Below are positions 12,942 through 27,046 of a stretch of DNA of 64,000 nt, piece after piece. Position 1 is the stretch's first letter. Every line of letters begins with the position of its first letter. Position numbers and translations under genes: made by a program. The notes below the pieces were generated by a model. It saw nothing but the letters and a program-made list of their open reading frames with translations. It did not search any database and was not told the DNA's origin. This DNA comes from Bispira polyomma (lineage: Eukaryota): NCBI GenBank assembly GCA_965649765.1, contig OZ287756.1:62868001-62932000 (forward strand), written 5' to 3'.

Positions 12942-13003
<62 letters not shown>
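12942..13003. repeat. (TA)n microsatellite
   Basis: Directly visible; explains the YIYIYI ORFs. Confidence 0.99.
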
Positions 13004-13007
<4 letters not shown>

Positions 13008-14749
13008 TCGAATTAATAAGGGCCATATTAAATTTTCAGAGGGTCATATCAGGCTTTATGTTTTATGTCACGTGATCACATTTTAACCAATATGATCGCT
13101 GGATTCGGCGCTGAGGTATAATAAATGCAAATATAATTGTTAATATAATAAGTTAAATTTTTATAGTCACAGATGTACTAATAATTATCAATACAATTGT
13201 ACCAGTGTCAAGCCCGTTCTTCGTTTTGTGTAGATGTTCATTGGTACACAGGCACCATGCTTTTGATCTTTGAACCTATCAACACCTACAGTTAAATGAG
13301 ATGCAGTGGCAATACACCGCTTGGCCCTGGACATTAGTAGTCTGGATCAGGCTCAATATGTCTTATATGTTTCTCAATCATTTGCATAAACAATTGTCCT
13401 GTTTGGTACGACTTGGATCAATATGTATCTTTTTAAACTAGTTAAAATTCAAGCTACACAGGTTTTAGAAAAATAAAACATTGGCCAACTAACTACTTTT
13501 TGCTATTTAATTGATATTTGATTTCACGTGTGTGTTTCCATCAGTTATGTTATATATTGAACAAGTCAAAGATTGATTTAAAAGAAGGGTATGTTTCTCT
13601 TCTATAATAATTGTAATACAGAAAGTGTGAGCATTTTAGGCTGTATACAAGCCTTTTTCGTAATTACTCAATATATGAGCACAGAAAATTCTGTCTTCAA
13701 ATCTCCAGAACAAAAGAGGGCAAAGAAAATTATTGTATTGTATCTATTTTATTGAAAATCACAATCAGTGCATTTATCTGCCATTTGTCAACTTCCCAAT
13801 GTTTCTTCAGCCTGCCACTTGGCATGAGACCCAATAGCAGAGGACTGCCATGTTAAGTGCTAACCCGAACCACTATGGAGTGATTTTACTATTTCTGGCT
13901 TCCTGGTTACAGAGTATTTAAGGTAGAAACAAAAATAAAGGTTTCAGCTAAAGTTGATAAAAGTAGTAATCAATTATAACTTTGGTAAATATTCACAGAT
14001 ATTAAAAGAGGAATGACTACTTTATAACTTTAAATGCATTACGAAAGCTAATACACCAAGATAAATTTTCAGAAGCTATTTGTTTAAGGGTCTTTCTGTA
14101 ACATTCGGCCATCTTGGATTTAACAGGAAATCACCTAGCTCTATATTTTTCAAGATATCTCAAAAAACAATAGTTCAGACCTGTTTGTCATTTATACTGA
14201 AATGTCAGGCTATGATTGATGTTTAATTTGATATATGATTGATAGGGCCAGCACTTCAGTATAGTGCAAAAGCCTTACATATAACAATATTAATAGTGGT
14301 TTAACTCCAAGTTATGTAAGTGCCTGTACCCACGTACAGGTATTGAACTTAAGTCCCCTGTTTTCCACTGTTAGTATGTAACCATCTGGGCCACAGTGGC
14401 AGTGATCATAATTCACATCTTAAATCCAAAGACTTGGGAAAAGTGTTTATGTGATTTTATTAATATTCGGTGAATATGACATGAACATAAACTGCCCTAA
14501 CATGTAACTAATTTTGCTATATATATATAATAGCCAATGAATCGTGATCCTAGGCAAGGCTATGAAGAAAATTAATTATCTATGTTAGGATGGGCGATGA
14601 ACCTCCAGAGTGTGTTTCCAGCTATACATCCACTAATCCACAGGTTTTGACCAGTGGCCTTATTCTCCAATAGATCTCAAACTCAACCCAGAGGCAAGCT
14701 CAAATCTATGAAGTCCAACTATCTTTGGCCAGGGTGAAGTTAAGTAAAA

Positions 14750-14872
14750 TGTGACTGCCTATTTGAATTCAGCACAGGAATCTCTATTAAAATGAATGGT
14801 CACGAGTATAGATTATCTTCATATAGAAGGACTTCGAGATAGGCTTCATGTATAAGTTGAGTGTGAGTTAGA
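14750..14872 (+). repeat. Dispersed repeat shared with 25925-26042
   Basis: tatttg.attcagc...tct..taaa..gaatggtcac.agtatag.tta...aaggacttc....agttgagt.tgagttag occurs in both. Confidence 0.6.
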
Positions 14873-16296
14873 GCTGGAGTATGTGGCCATAAAAACAGCT
14901 ATTCACCAGAGATAATCTATAACCAGCAGTGATTGGCAGTAAATACAGACACACGTTCTACAACTGTGGTAGTTGTATGGACAGTAATACAAGTCTTGTT
15001 ATTGTAATATACTCCCACATCTCTGTGAAAAAGGGTGGATTTTAGGTTTCCGTCTTGTGTGCTTAAGGGAAGGAAAAGACTATAAAGTTACATGAAAATA
15101 AGCTGGCCAGATTGCACATGGTTAACTGATCTAAGATGAAACATTCATACCTGACTACTATGTACAAAATGGGATGGAAGAAAGGTATTTGCTCTAGGCC
15201 AGTGGATTACAGTGCTTCCGCACTGGTTTCTTCCATCACTAAATCTGGCTATTGCAATATGACTTACGCGGTTAAAATAAGCGATCAAAAATAGAACCAG
15301 ATCCAAATTGTGTCTGTCACTGACAGCAATATCAATCATTTGGACACCATAATTTTAAGTGGCCATATATGATCCAAAACCAGTGTAGCTGAACTGCAAT
15401 ACTATTTACTATAGGGATGGGATAGTATCAAAATTTTTGGGGCCAAGACACAGCATTTCAAAGTCCATTTCGATTCCACAATATTACCAAAATACACCCA
15501 TTTTTCCAATTCAAACACACTTTATGTAATTGAAACTTATCAAAAAGATATACGTACATTTTCTCTGGAATTTGTTAAGAAACACTATGTTTGTATGATT
15601 GAATGGTTATAGTTTGAGAATATTTTCTCATTGAAAAAACCTAAACTTGCACAACATGTGGTATATTTTATCTAACCTTTACCTCAATACGACAGTCAAA
15701 TTGATATCAATCCTGATATACCAGAAGTAACGTCTGACCCATACTTATGTTAAGTATGAAACAAATACACAACCAGAACCAGGTATATAGCTAGGGCTAA
15801 ATGAAAAAAAAGTTTGATGAATTTATGTTAAAGTTTTTGCTGCCAAATGTTGATCCTATGAAAGAGGCTAGGACAGAAGGGATCCCTGCATTGAACTGAC
15901 AAGATTAGTGTTAAGACCATTACAATGTGCTCTTGGTTATTGTGTAACACAACTCTCCTTGTGAACCAAGGTGCTGATAACTCTCTGTCTGCTGCTTATC
16001 ACTAACTCCTCACTCATTTCAGTGATTTCACACAAAAACCCAGATAGTCCTTAGAATAAATACACTGTATGCCATGAAAAGCAACATACCTGTTGTTGTA
16101 TTGGTTGAAGCATTGCTGTACAATGACTGGGTACATTATTTTCACTCTGACTTACCACCGAATTATGTAATGGTTTGAGGCAACTAATGTGTAAATCTCA
16201 AAGGTAAGTATTAGTGGTGTATTGTAGAAGTCAATTACGGCTAGCGAGTGTAATGTGGTAAAAAAAGAATGCATTGAACTTCCAGCATTAATTTTT

Positions 16297-16555
16297 AGGC
16301 AGCGGTGGCCTAGTGGTTAGCAAGCATTGTGCTTCACAATCACTCGTCTTTCACCTCTGAGATCGACTGGTGTGGGGTTTGACTTCCGTTGATGCCTATG
16401 TAGGAAAGGTGGCAATTCCTTACTGTGGGCTGCTGGTTTCAGTGCAGAACCTTGATCAACTGTATACAATGTTTCCTCCAGTGTTTTGAACTACCCGTCC
16501 CAATATAACCTAAACAGGTACTAGAGTGGATGTTAAATATCCCAATTCAATTCAA
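16297..16555 (+). mobile_element. tRNA-derived SINE family A, older copy
   Basis: A box tggcctagtgg, degenerate B box, (caatt)n tail; TSD ttccagcattaatt at 16280-16293 and 16556-16569. Confidence 0.9.
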
Positions 16556-18854
16556 TTCCAGCATTAATTGGATAGTTATTGAAAGTAAAACGAAATAATA
16601 GTCGCAGAATTGTTTTAAACAACTAGAGTGTGAGTTTAAATCCTGTTTATTAGTTGTATATAAAATACTTTATAAGTATGATGATAAGGTTGACCAAAAA
16701 ATAGTTAATATTAGTCAATCAATTTGAAGTAAAGTATATTTAAGTGAAGACAATAACTGATTAACTTATCTTCAGTACAGCATTCACAGAGTACAGTAGC
16801 TTATCTCAATATTGTAAGGTAACTACAGAATAATTTTTGAATGTTTTAAAATTCATGTAACACTGGACATTCACCAAACACATTGATAAAACTGGCAAAA
16901 CTGCTCATGTTGGAATGGAGAATAGCATCTCTATAAACTATTCCGAAAATATTTTCTAACTCCTGCCATTACAGCGATCTATGCTTGAAGGTATAGGTAT
17001 CAAAGGTCAACTATGTTGATTCCATTAATCCACCAGTTCAGACAATGTGTGAGAACAGGGAGGTCATAATGCCTTAATGACAGGTAATGAATATTGATCG
17101 TAGATTATCAGTTCAATACACCTTCAAGCCATGCTTCATTACTGACATAGTTCATCTGATCATCATAACCTTTACAGTGGAATCCTGCTGATTTGAGAGA
17201 CAAATAAATGAATCAAAAGTATTGCGCCTACATTTCTGTACTGAAGCACTGGTAGGGGTGGGAGAGATGTACCAGATTAACTGTCACATAGCCCATTTAG
17301 TATGAGTCTTAAGACAGCAACATAACCAACATTACACATATATATATTGTCACTTTTTATTTATTTCCAGCCTTCCTTATGGCCTGGTCACACTGGACTT
17401 TCATTTCGAATATGCACAAAAATCAGCAAAAAAAAACTAACTAACTGCATGAAAATATGGCCTGTTTGCAGCCATTTTTCACAATATCCACTAAAACGGT
17501 GGCTGCTCTTGGGGGAAACGTAGTACACGTCTGACATGTGTATATGAACATACAAGACGACACTAGGACGTACTATACATCCAAATAATTACCTGAGACG
17601 TAAATGAAAAGAATGCAACCTATTTAAAATGTGGGTAACATAAGCAAAATGTAATGAAATGCACAAGGCATTCGTATGGAACGTATATGAAAAACGTGGC
17701 TACCATAACAAACGTAGTTAAAATGGCTATCACAACATGTTGAATTCATGTACAAACCTATACATAACGTTTTATACATGAGTTTTTTGTTATGTTTCCC
17801 CAATTTCACTTTATTTATTTCTGGTTGCTTACGTTTCTTAAAATAAAAAAATGAAATAAACGTAAACCCGAACGTACGTGTGAGTATTGGGATTTGCAAG
17901 GAATTTGATGTATCTCAACAACTGTCTTTCCTAAATAAAAAGAGCATTGTTTCATTTAGGAGTGCATTCATAAAAGAAAACTACTATTTACTACAATTAT
18001 GACTCATTAACAACCACCTCTTCCCCCATAAACTGCACGAAAACATGGATGAACGAATGATTAAATAGATCAATTAAATTTTGAAGCCAATTTTGGGGCA
18101 GTTTCACTTTTTCGCCTACATTTTTTGATCTACTGGATTTGAAAGATTACTTCTTTGGCCCATCCCTCTACAAAGTTTGGTCAAAATTGGTGAAGTTGCC
18201 ATGGCTTAAACTTGGCTCACAAACAATGAGGTAAAATATATACCTCCTGGTAAAGGTAAATGACAAGGACAATTGTAACCATTAGCGAGGCTATTGGGTT
18301 GGCCTTCTATTTTTTTTTTATTTAAACATAATTTATTTAACGACAATTACCCACAGCTACAAGCCACTTGGGGTTCTTTTACACAGTTAAACAACAACAT
18401 ATGGTACAAAAAGAAATACTGTACACTATTGAGTGATAATTGAGCAAAACAGGAAGTTATTACATATTACATAGTACAAAAGATGAATGATAGGATGACA
18501 TGTAACATGTGTGACATTAAAATCTAATTAATAGTGAGCCTATTGGTATGTGAAATAAACACCTGTACTATGTTGTATAGTGTTCGATCAATTTTAAAAA
18601 AAACCCAGTGCCATACAGAAAAATATGTGATAACTCACTTGGACTACCAAGTAGATTAATTTCAGGTATATGAGTACTTATGTTCTGTAGCATTTCATCT
18701 CAATGAGCAGCATAAGCAGGGCATTTTATGAGAAGCCTTCTAATTTCCAAACAGGCATGCTTTGTCTGAAGTAAGTACTGATGTATATCTCCAGTAATAG
18801 ACTGTTACTGGGATAATAATGTTGTACATATTGACTAAACTCTTACACCATCAG

Positions 18855-19109
18855 GGGCCACGGTGGCCTAGTGGTTAGCAAGCATTGCGCTTCACAATCA
18901 CTGGTCTCTCACCTCTGGGCGGCGTGAGTTCGAATCCCGTCGATGCCTATGTGGGAAAGGTGGTAGTTCCTTACTGTGGGCCGCTGGTTTCTTTGCAGAA
19001 CCTTGACCGACTGTATGCAGTGTTTCCTCCAGCGTTTCCAACTACCTGTCCCAATAAACCTACTAAAAGGTACTAGAGTGGACGTTAAATATCCAAATTC
19101 AAATTCAAA
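18855..19109 (+). mobile_element. tRNA-derived SINE family A, full length
   Basis: Pol III A box TGGCCTAGTGG, B box GTTCGAATCCC, (aaattc)n tail; TSD cttacaccatcag at 18842-18854 and 19110-19122. Confidence 0.95.
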
Positions 19110-20380
19110 CTTACACCATCAGTTTGAGAATTAGTGTGGCTATATAGAGACTACACGTCCAGACAGTCATCTTATAATATGGAATTTTGTTTTGGCTATT
19201 TATAGCTTTTAATTTAGTTGGGTTTTTATGTCACCTTTGAAGGCTTGGTTATATTACGTAAGTCAGATTCAACAGTGCAGGAAGCGGGTATTGGTATGCT
19301 ATAAACCACTGACCCCATGACAGCCACCCCACAAAGTTTTCTAAAAACAGGAGTAAACGAGATTTCAACCCACATTCGCCAGAGACCAGTGAGTGTGAAA
19401 CGAATGCTTCTGACTTGAAATCTTCGGCTCCAAAAGGTTTAGACAGAACACATATTAACTGGATTTCTTGTTGCACTTAAGAAGATGCCTAGCATCAGTA
19501 CAGCGCGGTAAAAATGCATAATAATAAAAATATAATAACTGATTTCACAGATTGACTGTCATATATACATGATCCTGATGTGGAAGTATTTCTGGTTGTT
19601 TTAATGTAATTATTTAACTAAATTCAATTTTTATCGACAAGAGCACAAGTTACATTTGTGTCCGGGTCATGACTAAACTCTGATCACAAACCTGTTCCCT
19701 CTCGGACTATTCTTTTTGCATACTGATTGCAATGTTTGACACAGAGGATGCCTGGTTAAAGAATGTGGCGCTATGGAAGTATTAACATTAATGCACACAA
19801 CAAATTTATGGAGATAATTTTTATTCAATTTGTCTAGTGTTGCTTACACAACAAAATGAACCAAGCTAAAAAAACTCCTTGGCTGGGGAAAAGACAGAAC
19901 TGGATTTTAAGGGAGAACTCATTTTAAGCCAGAAATTAAATGATAATGACAGTTAAAAATCATAATTGACGAAACACCGAAAGATTAACATTCAATTACA
20001 CATAGCATTGCAGGAAATGCATCATAAAACATCTATCATGTTTTTAATATGTTGCAGTAATGTAAGATAGGAGCTGTTTTACTGCATCTATTCCATTTTT
20101 TTTTCAAAATGAACCTTTATATATCTTCTACTTATATAACCAAACCATTCGTGGCTTTGATTGCAACATATTTTAACAAAATGGTTATATATTAGTGTAT
20201 ATGAAAAGCAACAATTTAAAAAATATTCACTTTACCTGTAATTGAAACTCCATGATGAATTAAATATTTTAAACTAAACCTCAGAAATATCCGAAATGGT
20301 CCATCTTATATTTTTAAATTCTGGTAGTTAATCCACGAAAGGCTTTTTTCACAGCATCAATTTCTCCTCAAAATTTCATG

Positions 20381-20383
<3 letters not shown>

Positions 20384-20422
<39 letters not shown>
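20384..20422. repeat. (TA)n microsatellite
   Basis: Directly visible. Confidence 0.99.
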
Positions 20423-20424
<2 letters not shown>

Positions 20425-20626
20425 ATGCATTGTTTTCACCTTGTGTTCCAAATTACATCATTTACAGAAGAGGTTTCAAGAGGCAAGTGTTGACTGCCTC
20501 ATGGTTCAGCTGTTGTTCTGTGTTTACATTCTTACATAATCTTGTATTTGTCTTTGCTTTTTCTGTGTTTTTTTTTTCTCACAGCACACGACCATCTACT
20601 ACATAATGCACCAATGTATATTGCTA

Positions 20627-21315
20627 AAGGGTTTTACAAACCGCCGACTACCCACCACAACACTACAGGGAACGTCACATCCCTGCACGACAGTTATAAA
20701 TACACACCAACCACGACACATCACAACATATTCCATATAAAGTATACATCTCCACAGTCACGAGGGTGGATGGGGGGTGGGGGGTGGGTGGGGGGTTGGG
20801 GGGTGGGGGGGCACTATAAAGACAAGGGAAGAAATAATCAATATACACGACACCAATGTGATGTTTTTAAAAGAGATTTCTCCAAGTCAAATTGCAGTGT
20901 TGTGTCGTGTATTATGGTATCGTGTTTGGGCCTGTGTATAAAGTCTGTACATAGTTCTTTATTTTTCATTGTTTGTAGTGTCGTGCAGTGTTGTGTAGTC
21001 GGTGGTATGTAGAGGGCCTTACAATAAAATGGAAATAAGACAACATATATTGATTATTCAGACTGCCCCTTACACGACACTACACTACACCACATGTCGC
21101 TACAATTTAACTTTAAGAAATCTCTAAAAAAATGTTGTATTGTATTGTGTTTTTGTACTGTTTGTGCAAAAATGGTTTTGGTGATGTATGTATTGATCCA
21201 TGTACCTTATATGTAATATGTAATGTGGTGTCGTGTTTGGTGTGTATATTACTGTCATGTAGTGATGTGTCGTCTCCTCTAGTGTTGTGTAGTCGGCTGT
21301 CTGTATGCCCCTTTA
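20627..21315. mobile_element. MITE family B copies (20627-21020 plus an adjacent partial copy at about 21060-21315)
   Basis: TIRs aagggttttacaaaccgccgacta / tagtcggtggtatgtagagggcctt; repeated acacgacac / gtgtcgtgt; second right end tagtcggctgtctgtatgcccct. Confidence 0.55.
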
Positions 21316-22399
21316 GCCATATATTTAGCTACCCTCACATCTCTCTGTCTCTAGAACAGAGTACAGAGGTCGTCAAAGCCAAACACAAAAAAAAAGGTCC
21401 AAAGATAAATGGGTCTGGTTATTTGTGCAGCTACTAACTTTTTGTCTTCACAAAAGCTAATTATTTTGGCTGGGAGCTGATTATAGTTTTTTTAAGAGTT
21501 ATACCTGATTGTATAGGTAACCGTTATATATATATAGCCCACAATGTGTGTGTGTAAGTATATTACAGCACTGTGTGTTTAGTTAGTGTGTATTGGTCTG
21601 GCACCATAAAGCTTTGTCCAAGGCAATGTGGTAGTATGAATGACAATAGTAATGTTAATAGATTAAATATATATGTAAAATCATACTGTGACAGTATCTT
21701 AACAGTGATGTGTATATCTAATATTGTATTCAACTAAATGCAATGCAACCTATAAATTTCAAAGTTGAGCTTGCCACTAATGGTGATCTTAAATTTTTAA
21801 TTTGTTGTTGCCTATCTAAGTTATGACTTGACTTAGGCTTAGCAGTTTCCTATCTACTGATCAACTCTTACTCCTACATATTTTTTGAATGTTTTTGAAA
21901 CATTTTAACAAATTTTAAGTTACTGAATTAAACACTGACAAGCCTGTGTTGACTGAATTGTACGTTTTACTATTATATTCTGAAAAGTGTTAATGTATAT
22001 ACTGGTAGGGCACTAGTATTGTAGAAATTGCTACTTCTTCGATGTGTTTAGTTAGATTGTCAAATTTGTAACTGCATGTTGTTGTATTGTTGTCATACTG
22101 CTTTGTGTAACTGTATTTGTAATGTTATTGAAGGTCTAACTATCATGGTTTCAACTCACGGTTGTTAGTTTCTAAGCATTGTTTATGAATTGCAGCCCAG
22201 GGCCCATTATCCTTCAACGAAACTCTTTGACTCAAAACTTGACTCAGGTCAAGGCCATGTGAAGGACCCTGGATATATGGAATATAACCATGATGGATTT
22301 TTTAAGTTCCCTAATTGATGCCATGCATGCCAGTGCAACATCATTGACAAAGTTGTTAAAAAATCATAGACGGTTACCAAAGCAAATTCGTGGTCGAGG

Positions 22400-25140
22400 G
22401 GTAGTGTGGAGGAGAAAGATGTCTATGGAGAGTAAGCAAGGGTGAAGAGATAAAAAGAATAAAAGTGTACGCAGTTGGGAATCTGTTGACAAACACGTTT
22501 GGTGTGCTAGCATACAGGATATTATTACAAAGAATAGATTTGCTGTTAAGGAGACAATAGGGACACGGTCGGAGGTAGTAACAACTCGGCATGACCCAAC
22601 AAAAGAGACAATTTAAGTCGGGGGGGGGGGGGGGGGGGGGGGGGGCATGCGTGTGTAGCTACCGCCTCTATTCGGTGAAAGTGGAAGCTATTGTGGTAAC
22701 TCTGGAACCGGTGGTGTAATCCACCCAACCAAAAATGACAATGGACACAGTAGCAGGGAGGCTGCCACAAGTGTAGACTTGGAGGACAATTCTGTGAAAG
22801 GTGTCACAATGATCATTGAGACCTATAAAAAACACAGTAGGAAAAGTGTCAACAAGGGTGGAGACCCTTGTTACACACCTAATGCAAAGGGTGCTAGTGA
22901 GACTGGGGACTCAAACAGCAACCCTGATGAATGCTGTGTGACATCTAATATACACTCTTGGGAATTGAGGCAAAAAAAGAACAATTATTTTAGTGAATGG
23001 TTACAAAAATCCCAGAATAATGACACCTTTAAAGAATGGCAAAAACAAAGAGATTTCCCTTATGGCTTAACTGCTTTCACCAGCCTGGGTACAAAGATGT
23101 ATGATGTTAATGTTAAGCATGAACAATTAAGCATTCTAGAAATACATAAAATTGTTCGCGGATGGAAGACATAACTTCTGTGATTTAAGAATACCTGTAC
23201 AGTCTCAACTAAACGCTTACGCTTGGGGTGAATATCTAAAGACGTATCAGGATTTGCAGTTGCCTTTATTAATTAAATACGTTTTTCTAGATTTTAACAG
23301 GTCGAATAATGCCCAATCAGAGGGCGACAACCATAAATCGGCTCAATAATTTCCTGAACACATCAACGTTTATATAAAAGAGGAATGTCAAAGAAGGGGG
23401 GGCGATGTTCGATCCTTTTTGGGGAACAGATAATAAGAAATTTTCACTTTTCTTAGTTAATGACCCGGGAAAAATCCAGCTTGGCCAATTGGAGGGTAAG
23501 GCTGTAAAATAGTCAAAATCGATGATAGCAGGGCATTCCAGAACATCTATCCCGGTTGAGAAACTGCTAGAAATTAAAATACTATGTGGGAAAACAAAAC
23601 CCAGGGTACTAAATGTGACCCTTGCTAATCATCAGCTGCTTCACAATCTGGCTGGGCCTGTGCAGTGGTTGCTTAATGATGAATCTCTGTTGCATGTAAA
23701 CATAAATATTTAATATATGTTCTATTTGTATCACTTTATACCATAGTTAAGCATCATGTGGAAGCACTGCTCACTGGGAGGCCTTTTCAAAGATGACACA
23801 GAGCATTTTCACCTTCAACTGCCAAAGTCTATGAAATAATGTTCAGGCTGTTTCTGGCGTTTGGAGTCTTCATGTGTTGGTCACCATCTAAGGGGACCAC
23901 GTTCCAACTTTTATGTTTCCTAGAATTTCTGTATAGTAACGCTGTATATCAGGATGCTAATTATTTCTAAGCCATTAAGGCGAGTTATATGTAAATGGAT
24001 GCCTTTTTGGATCCAATATCAGTTACTATAATCAGGCTTTATTACTGCACAGACCACTGCAGGCCAAACTCAATAGCCTTTTTGATGTGCCACTATTAAA
24101 GGCCTTGGTACAAATCTGCGACTCCATGTATATGGGTCAGATTATTAAGGCAGTTTTTTTCAGTTTTCTTAGATTGTCTAATCTCTGCTCACATTCGTTT
24201 AGTTTGTTTTCCCCACTAAAGCAGCACGTGTTGATGTCATGTTCAAAAATGGTTATGCCATTACAGTCATGAAGTGGTCAAAGATGTTGCAAACCAAGAT
24301 GCAGTTAAATTTAATCACTATCCCTGCCTTACCTGACTCTGCTGTATGCCCTGTCAAGGCCATAGAAAAGTATCACACCCGTCGGCAACAACTTTTCTAG
24401 TACAAACTGGCTGGTGCCTGGGTTCCCTTAATGGATACCAGAGTCGGCAGGCATCTGAAAAGTGCTTTATAGTCGCTTGGTTTGCTTCAGTCATCGCTTA
24501 CTTTCTGCTTTAGCATCTGGACGTCAGACTGACAAACTCTGCCAATGCTGGTTCTCAGGTGGCAGATTCTTTTATGGCTGCTCTACAACATACACCTTAG
24601 TCAATCTGGTGTTTGTTGGGCTGACATGCGTCATTGTCAGTAACTTATAAACAATACTAACTTTATATGCTATCAGATCAGAAAATTTATTAACAAAATA
24701 TATATTTTATACATAAATTCATACAATAATTGAACTAAAGTAAACAAACTTGTACTGTCTTTGGACATAAGGTCCTCTTTCAGTCACTTTGAACATAATG
24801 TACTCTTTTCTGTATTTCAAATTATATTTTAGTTAAGCTTTGGCTATTTATTATTTAACTTATGCTAATGTAGCCTCACACCTCAAGTTATGGTGACCTC
24901 AAACCTTTGTTTTGGTCACCTTGCCTCCCACTTTAAGATGGCCTTACACTTCACTTTACAGTGAAGCCTGTCTGACCTTAAGGTGACCTTATGCCCTTAA
25001 ACTCAACTGTACATAGTATTAGTAGCTTTAAACATATTATTAAATATATTAGCACAATCTGTCGTCCACTTGTGAGAATTGAAGCAAGTTATCTTTCCCT
25101 TTGGGCTATATGGAAATTGGCCGTACATCCCGAGGCACCA
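22400..25140 (+). mobile_element. Decayed, internally deleted Ngaro-type YR retrotransposon related to the intact element at 48510-55051
   Basis: Frameshifted fragments align by eye to the intact Pol (KEWQKQRDFPYG / RKWQAQSQYPYG; DGRHNFCDLRIPVQSQL / DGRHNYEGLQIPVPSQL; TSIPVEKLLEIK; LAGPVQWL) and YR (CDSMYMGQIIKAVFFSFLRLSNLCSHS). Repeat-B stem remnant at 24763-24996. Ends approximate. Confidence 0.85.
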
Positions 25141-26047
25141 ATCTTCAGTGAACCATACCTTGTTAAACAGTGGATTTCTGGTCATTGTATGTAACCGGTT
25201 TGCCACTGCAGTTAATGTAACGACATTCTTTAGAGAGCACTTCAGTTATTATACACAGACATTTTTGTTATTTTTGGTAATTGTAATGCTGGTGGATCTG
25301 TTATTTCTACCAAGTGTGTGTTGTTTATGACTGAATAAGTCCTTTTATCAAATATCATCTGGAAACATTTGACTTACAATTGTAAAAAAATGCATGTTGG
25401 TCCAAATGTGTTTTCTTTTCATCATACAAGCATATTAGAGTTTTCAGTAGTTATATAGTCCAAGCCGAATATCAACTCACGTACATTCATCGCAAGAGCT
25501 TTTATTTCCAAACTAAGACATCTTGCACAGCTATAGTACAATGATAATATAGGGTATTATAGGGTTTTCAGCAGCCACAACATAAATCAGTATCAGCCTA
25601 AGGGCTGTCAGTCACACCTAAGGGCTGTTAATGATTCGTGGAGGAATGTTTAAAATGTATAAGGCCTGAGCAAATCTTGATATTACTATCATTATCAGTT
25701 ATTTTGTAGAACTTACCAACTCTGATCCAAGCTATACCTCAACCTGTAACTTCAAAAGTACTGAAATTGGTAAAATAATACAGTAAAATAGAATAGTTTA
25801 TTTAAAAACCTTTTATATTTTATGAATATTTGAAAATATAATTTATCGGTGTAAAAAAAATACAAAAATTAAAACTATGACAACAAATTACCCCAAAAAG
25901 AAAAACAAAACGCAAATTGACTTCTGATTTCATATTTGCATTCAGCGCTGAAAACTCTAATAAATAGAATGGTCACAAGTATAGGTTACTTCCATTTACA
26001 AGGACTTCCGCATAGTCATCCTTTGAGTTGAGTCTGAGTTAGTACTT

Positions 26048-26316
26048 CTTACATTTCTTACACACATTGAATAAGATAATGATAAGCTATAGTTTTTAGC
26101 TTTTTACGGACTCATATCTACATGGAATATGGTGGAGGGATTTGACATGGGGTCAAGGTCTAGAAATTGCAGACCCAATAATTTCCTTATCTTTCTGTGA
26201 CATCTTGGCAGAGGTATGCACTCAACTGAGTGGCCCTATAGTTACATTACTATTGATTTATGGCTTAACTGATATGGCTTATCATTATCTTAGTCAACGT
26301 GTGAAACAAATGTAAG
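26048..26316. mobile_element. MITE with about 40-bp TIRs, carrying a Helitron/HINE-like 3'-end fragment inside
   Basis: cttacatttcttacacacattgaataagataatgataagc / gcttatcattatcttagtcaacgtgtgaaacaaatgtaag; internal ggcagaggtatgcactcaactgagtggccctatag. Confidence 0.6.
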
Positions 26317-26793
26317 AGGTTTTTTTCCGTGAATGTGGTTATTAACATAAGCGGTCTTTCTTTAAGAGTTTTCCCAACTCTGACCTATTTCTGATGCAAT
26401 CATTTGACAGATGTCGCATTTTACACTTGCAATTGTTAAATTATTATTTGTAACATATGTGTGTGTGTGTGTGTGTTTTAACCATAATCACAGTCTATTT
26501 GTCTTGTAAATGGATAACTTAATAGGGCAACTTAGCATTAAATTCACTGTAAAGAATTGCTGTACAAACAGATTTCAAGTGCAGACGAATTTGTTTTTCC
26601 AAGTGAGCAAGCTGTAAACAAATATAACCACGAAAACTTCCTGTATGCTAAAATAGGACTACTGAAAGCTATTTTATAGTATTTTCCAGGACAACCGTTT
26701 TAGAATGCCAGGTTTATTTTCGTTGAATATTTCTGGTAAAAACTAAGAAATAGTACATATTTAGATATTTTTCTGGTTATTTTGTTTTTACCA

Positions 26794-27046
26794 GGGCCGC
26801 GGTGGCCTAGTGGTTAGCAAGCATGGCGCTTCACAATCACTGGTCTCTCACCTCTGGGCGGCGCGAGTTCGAATCCCGTCGATGCCTATGTGGGAAAGGT
26901 GGTAGTTCCTTACTGTGGGCCGCTGGTTTCTCTGCAGAACCTTGACCGACTGTATGCAGTGTTTCCTCCAGCGTTTCCAACTACCCGTCCCAATATAACC
27001 TACTAAAAGGTACTAGAGTGGACGTTAAATATCCAAATTCAAATTC
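26794..27046 (+). mobile_element. tRNA-derived SINE family A, full length
   Basis: Near-identical to the 18855 and 31064 copies; A/B boxes and aaattc tail; no clear TSD. Confidence 0.95.

Noticed and set aside
12823-13086. ORFs with YIYIYI runs
   Set aside because: Translation of a (TA)n microsatellite.
12560-13130. Possible Crypton-like non-autonomous element (cacgtgatcaca...ccaat motif); similar hint at 25590-25690
   Set aside because: Only vague motif resemblance; no ORF or definable termini.
18855-18950. Possible tRNA gene (also at 16297, 26794, 31064)
   Set aside because: A/B boxes are the head of a SINE, with a shared body, tail and TSDs and no clean cloverleaf; the recurring 60-aa ORFs there are spurious.
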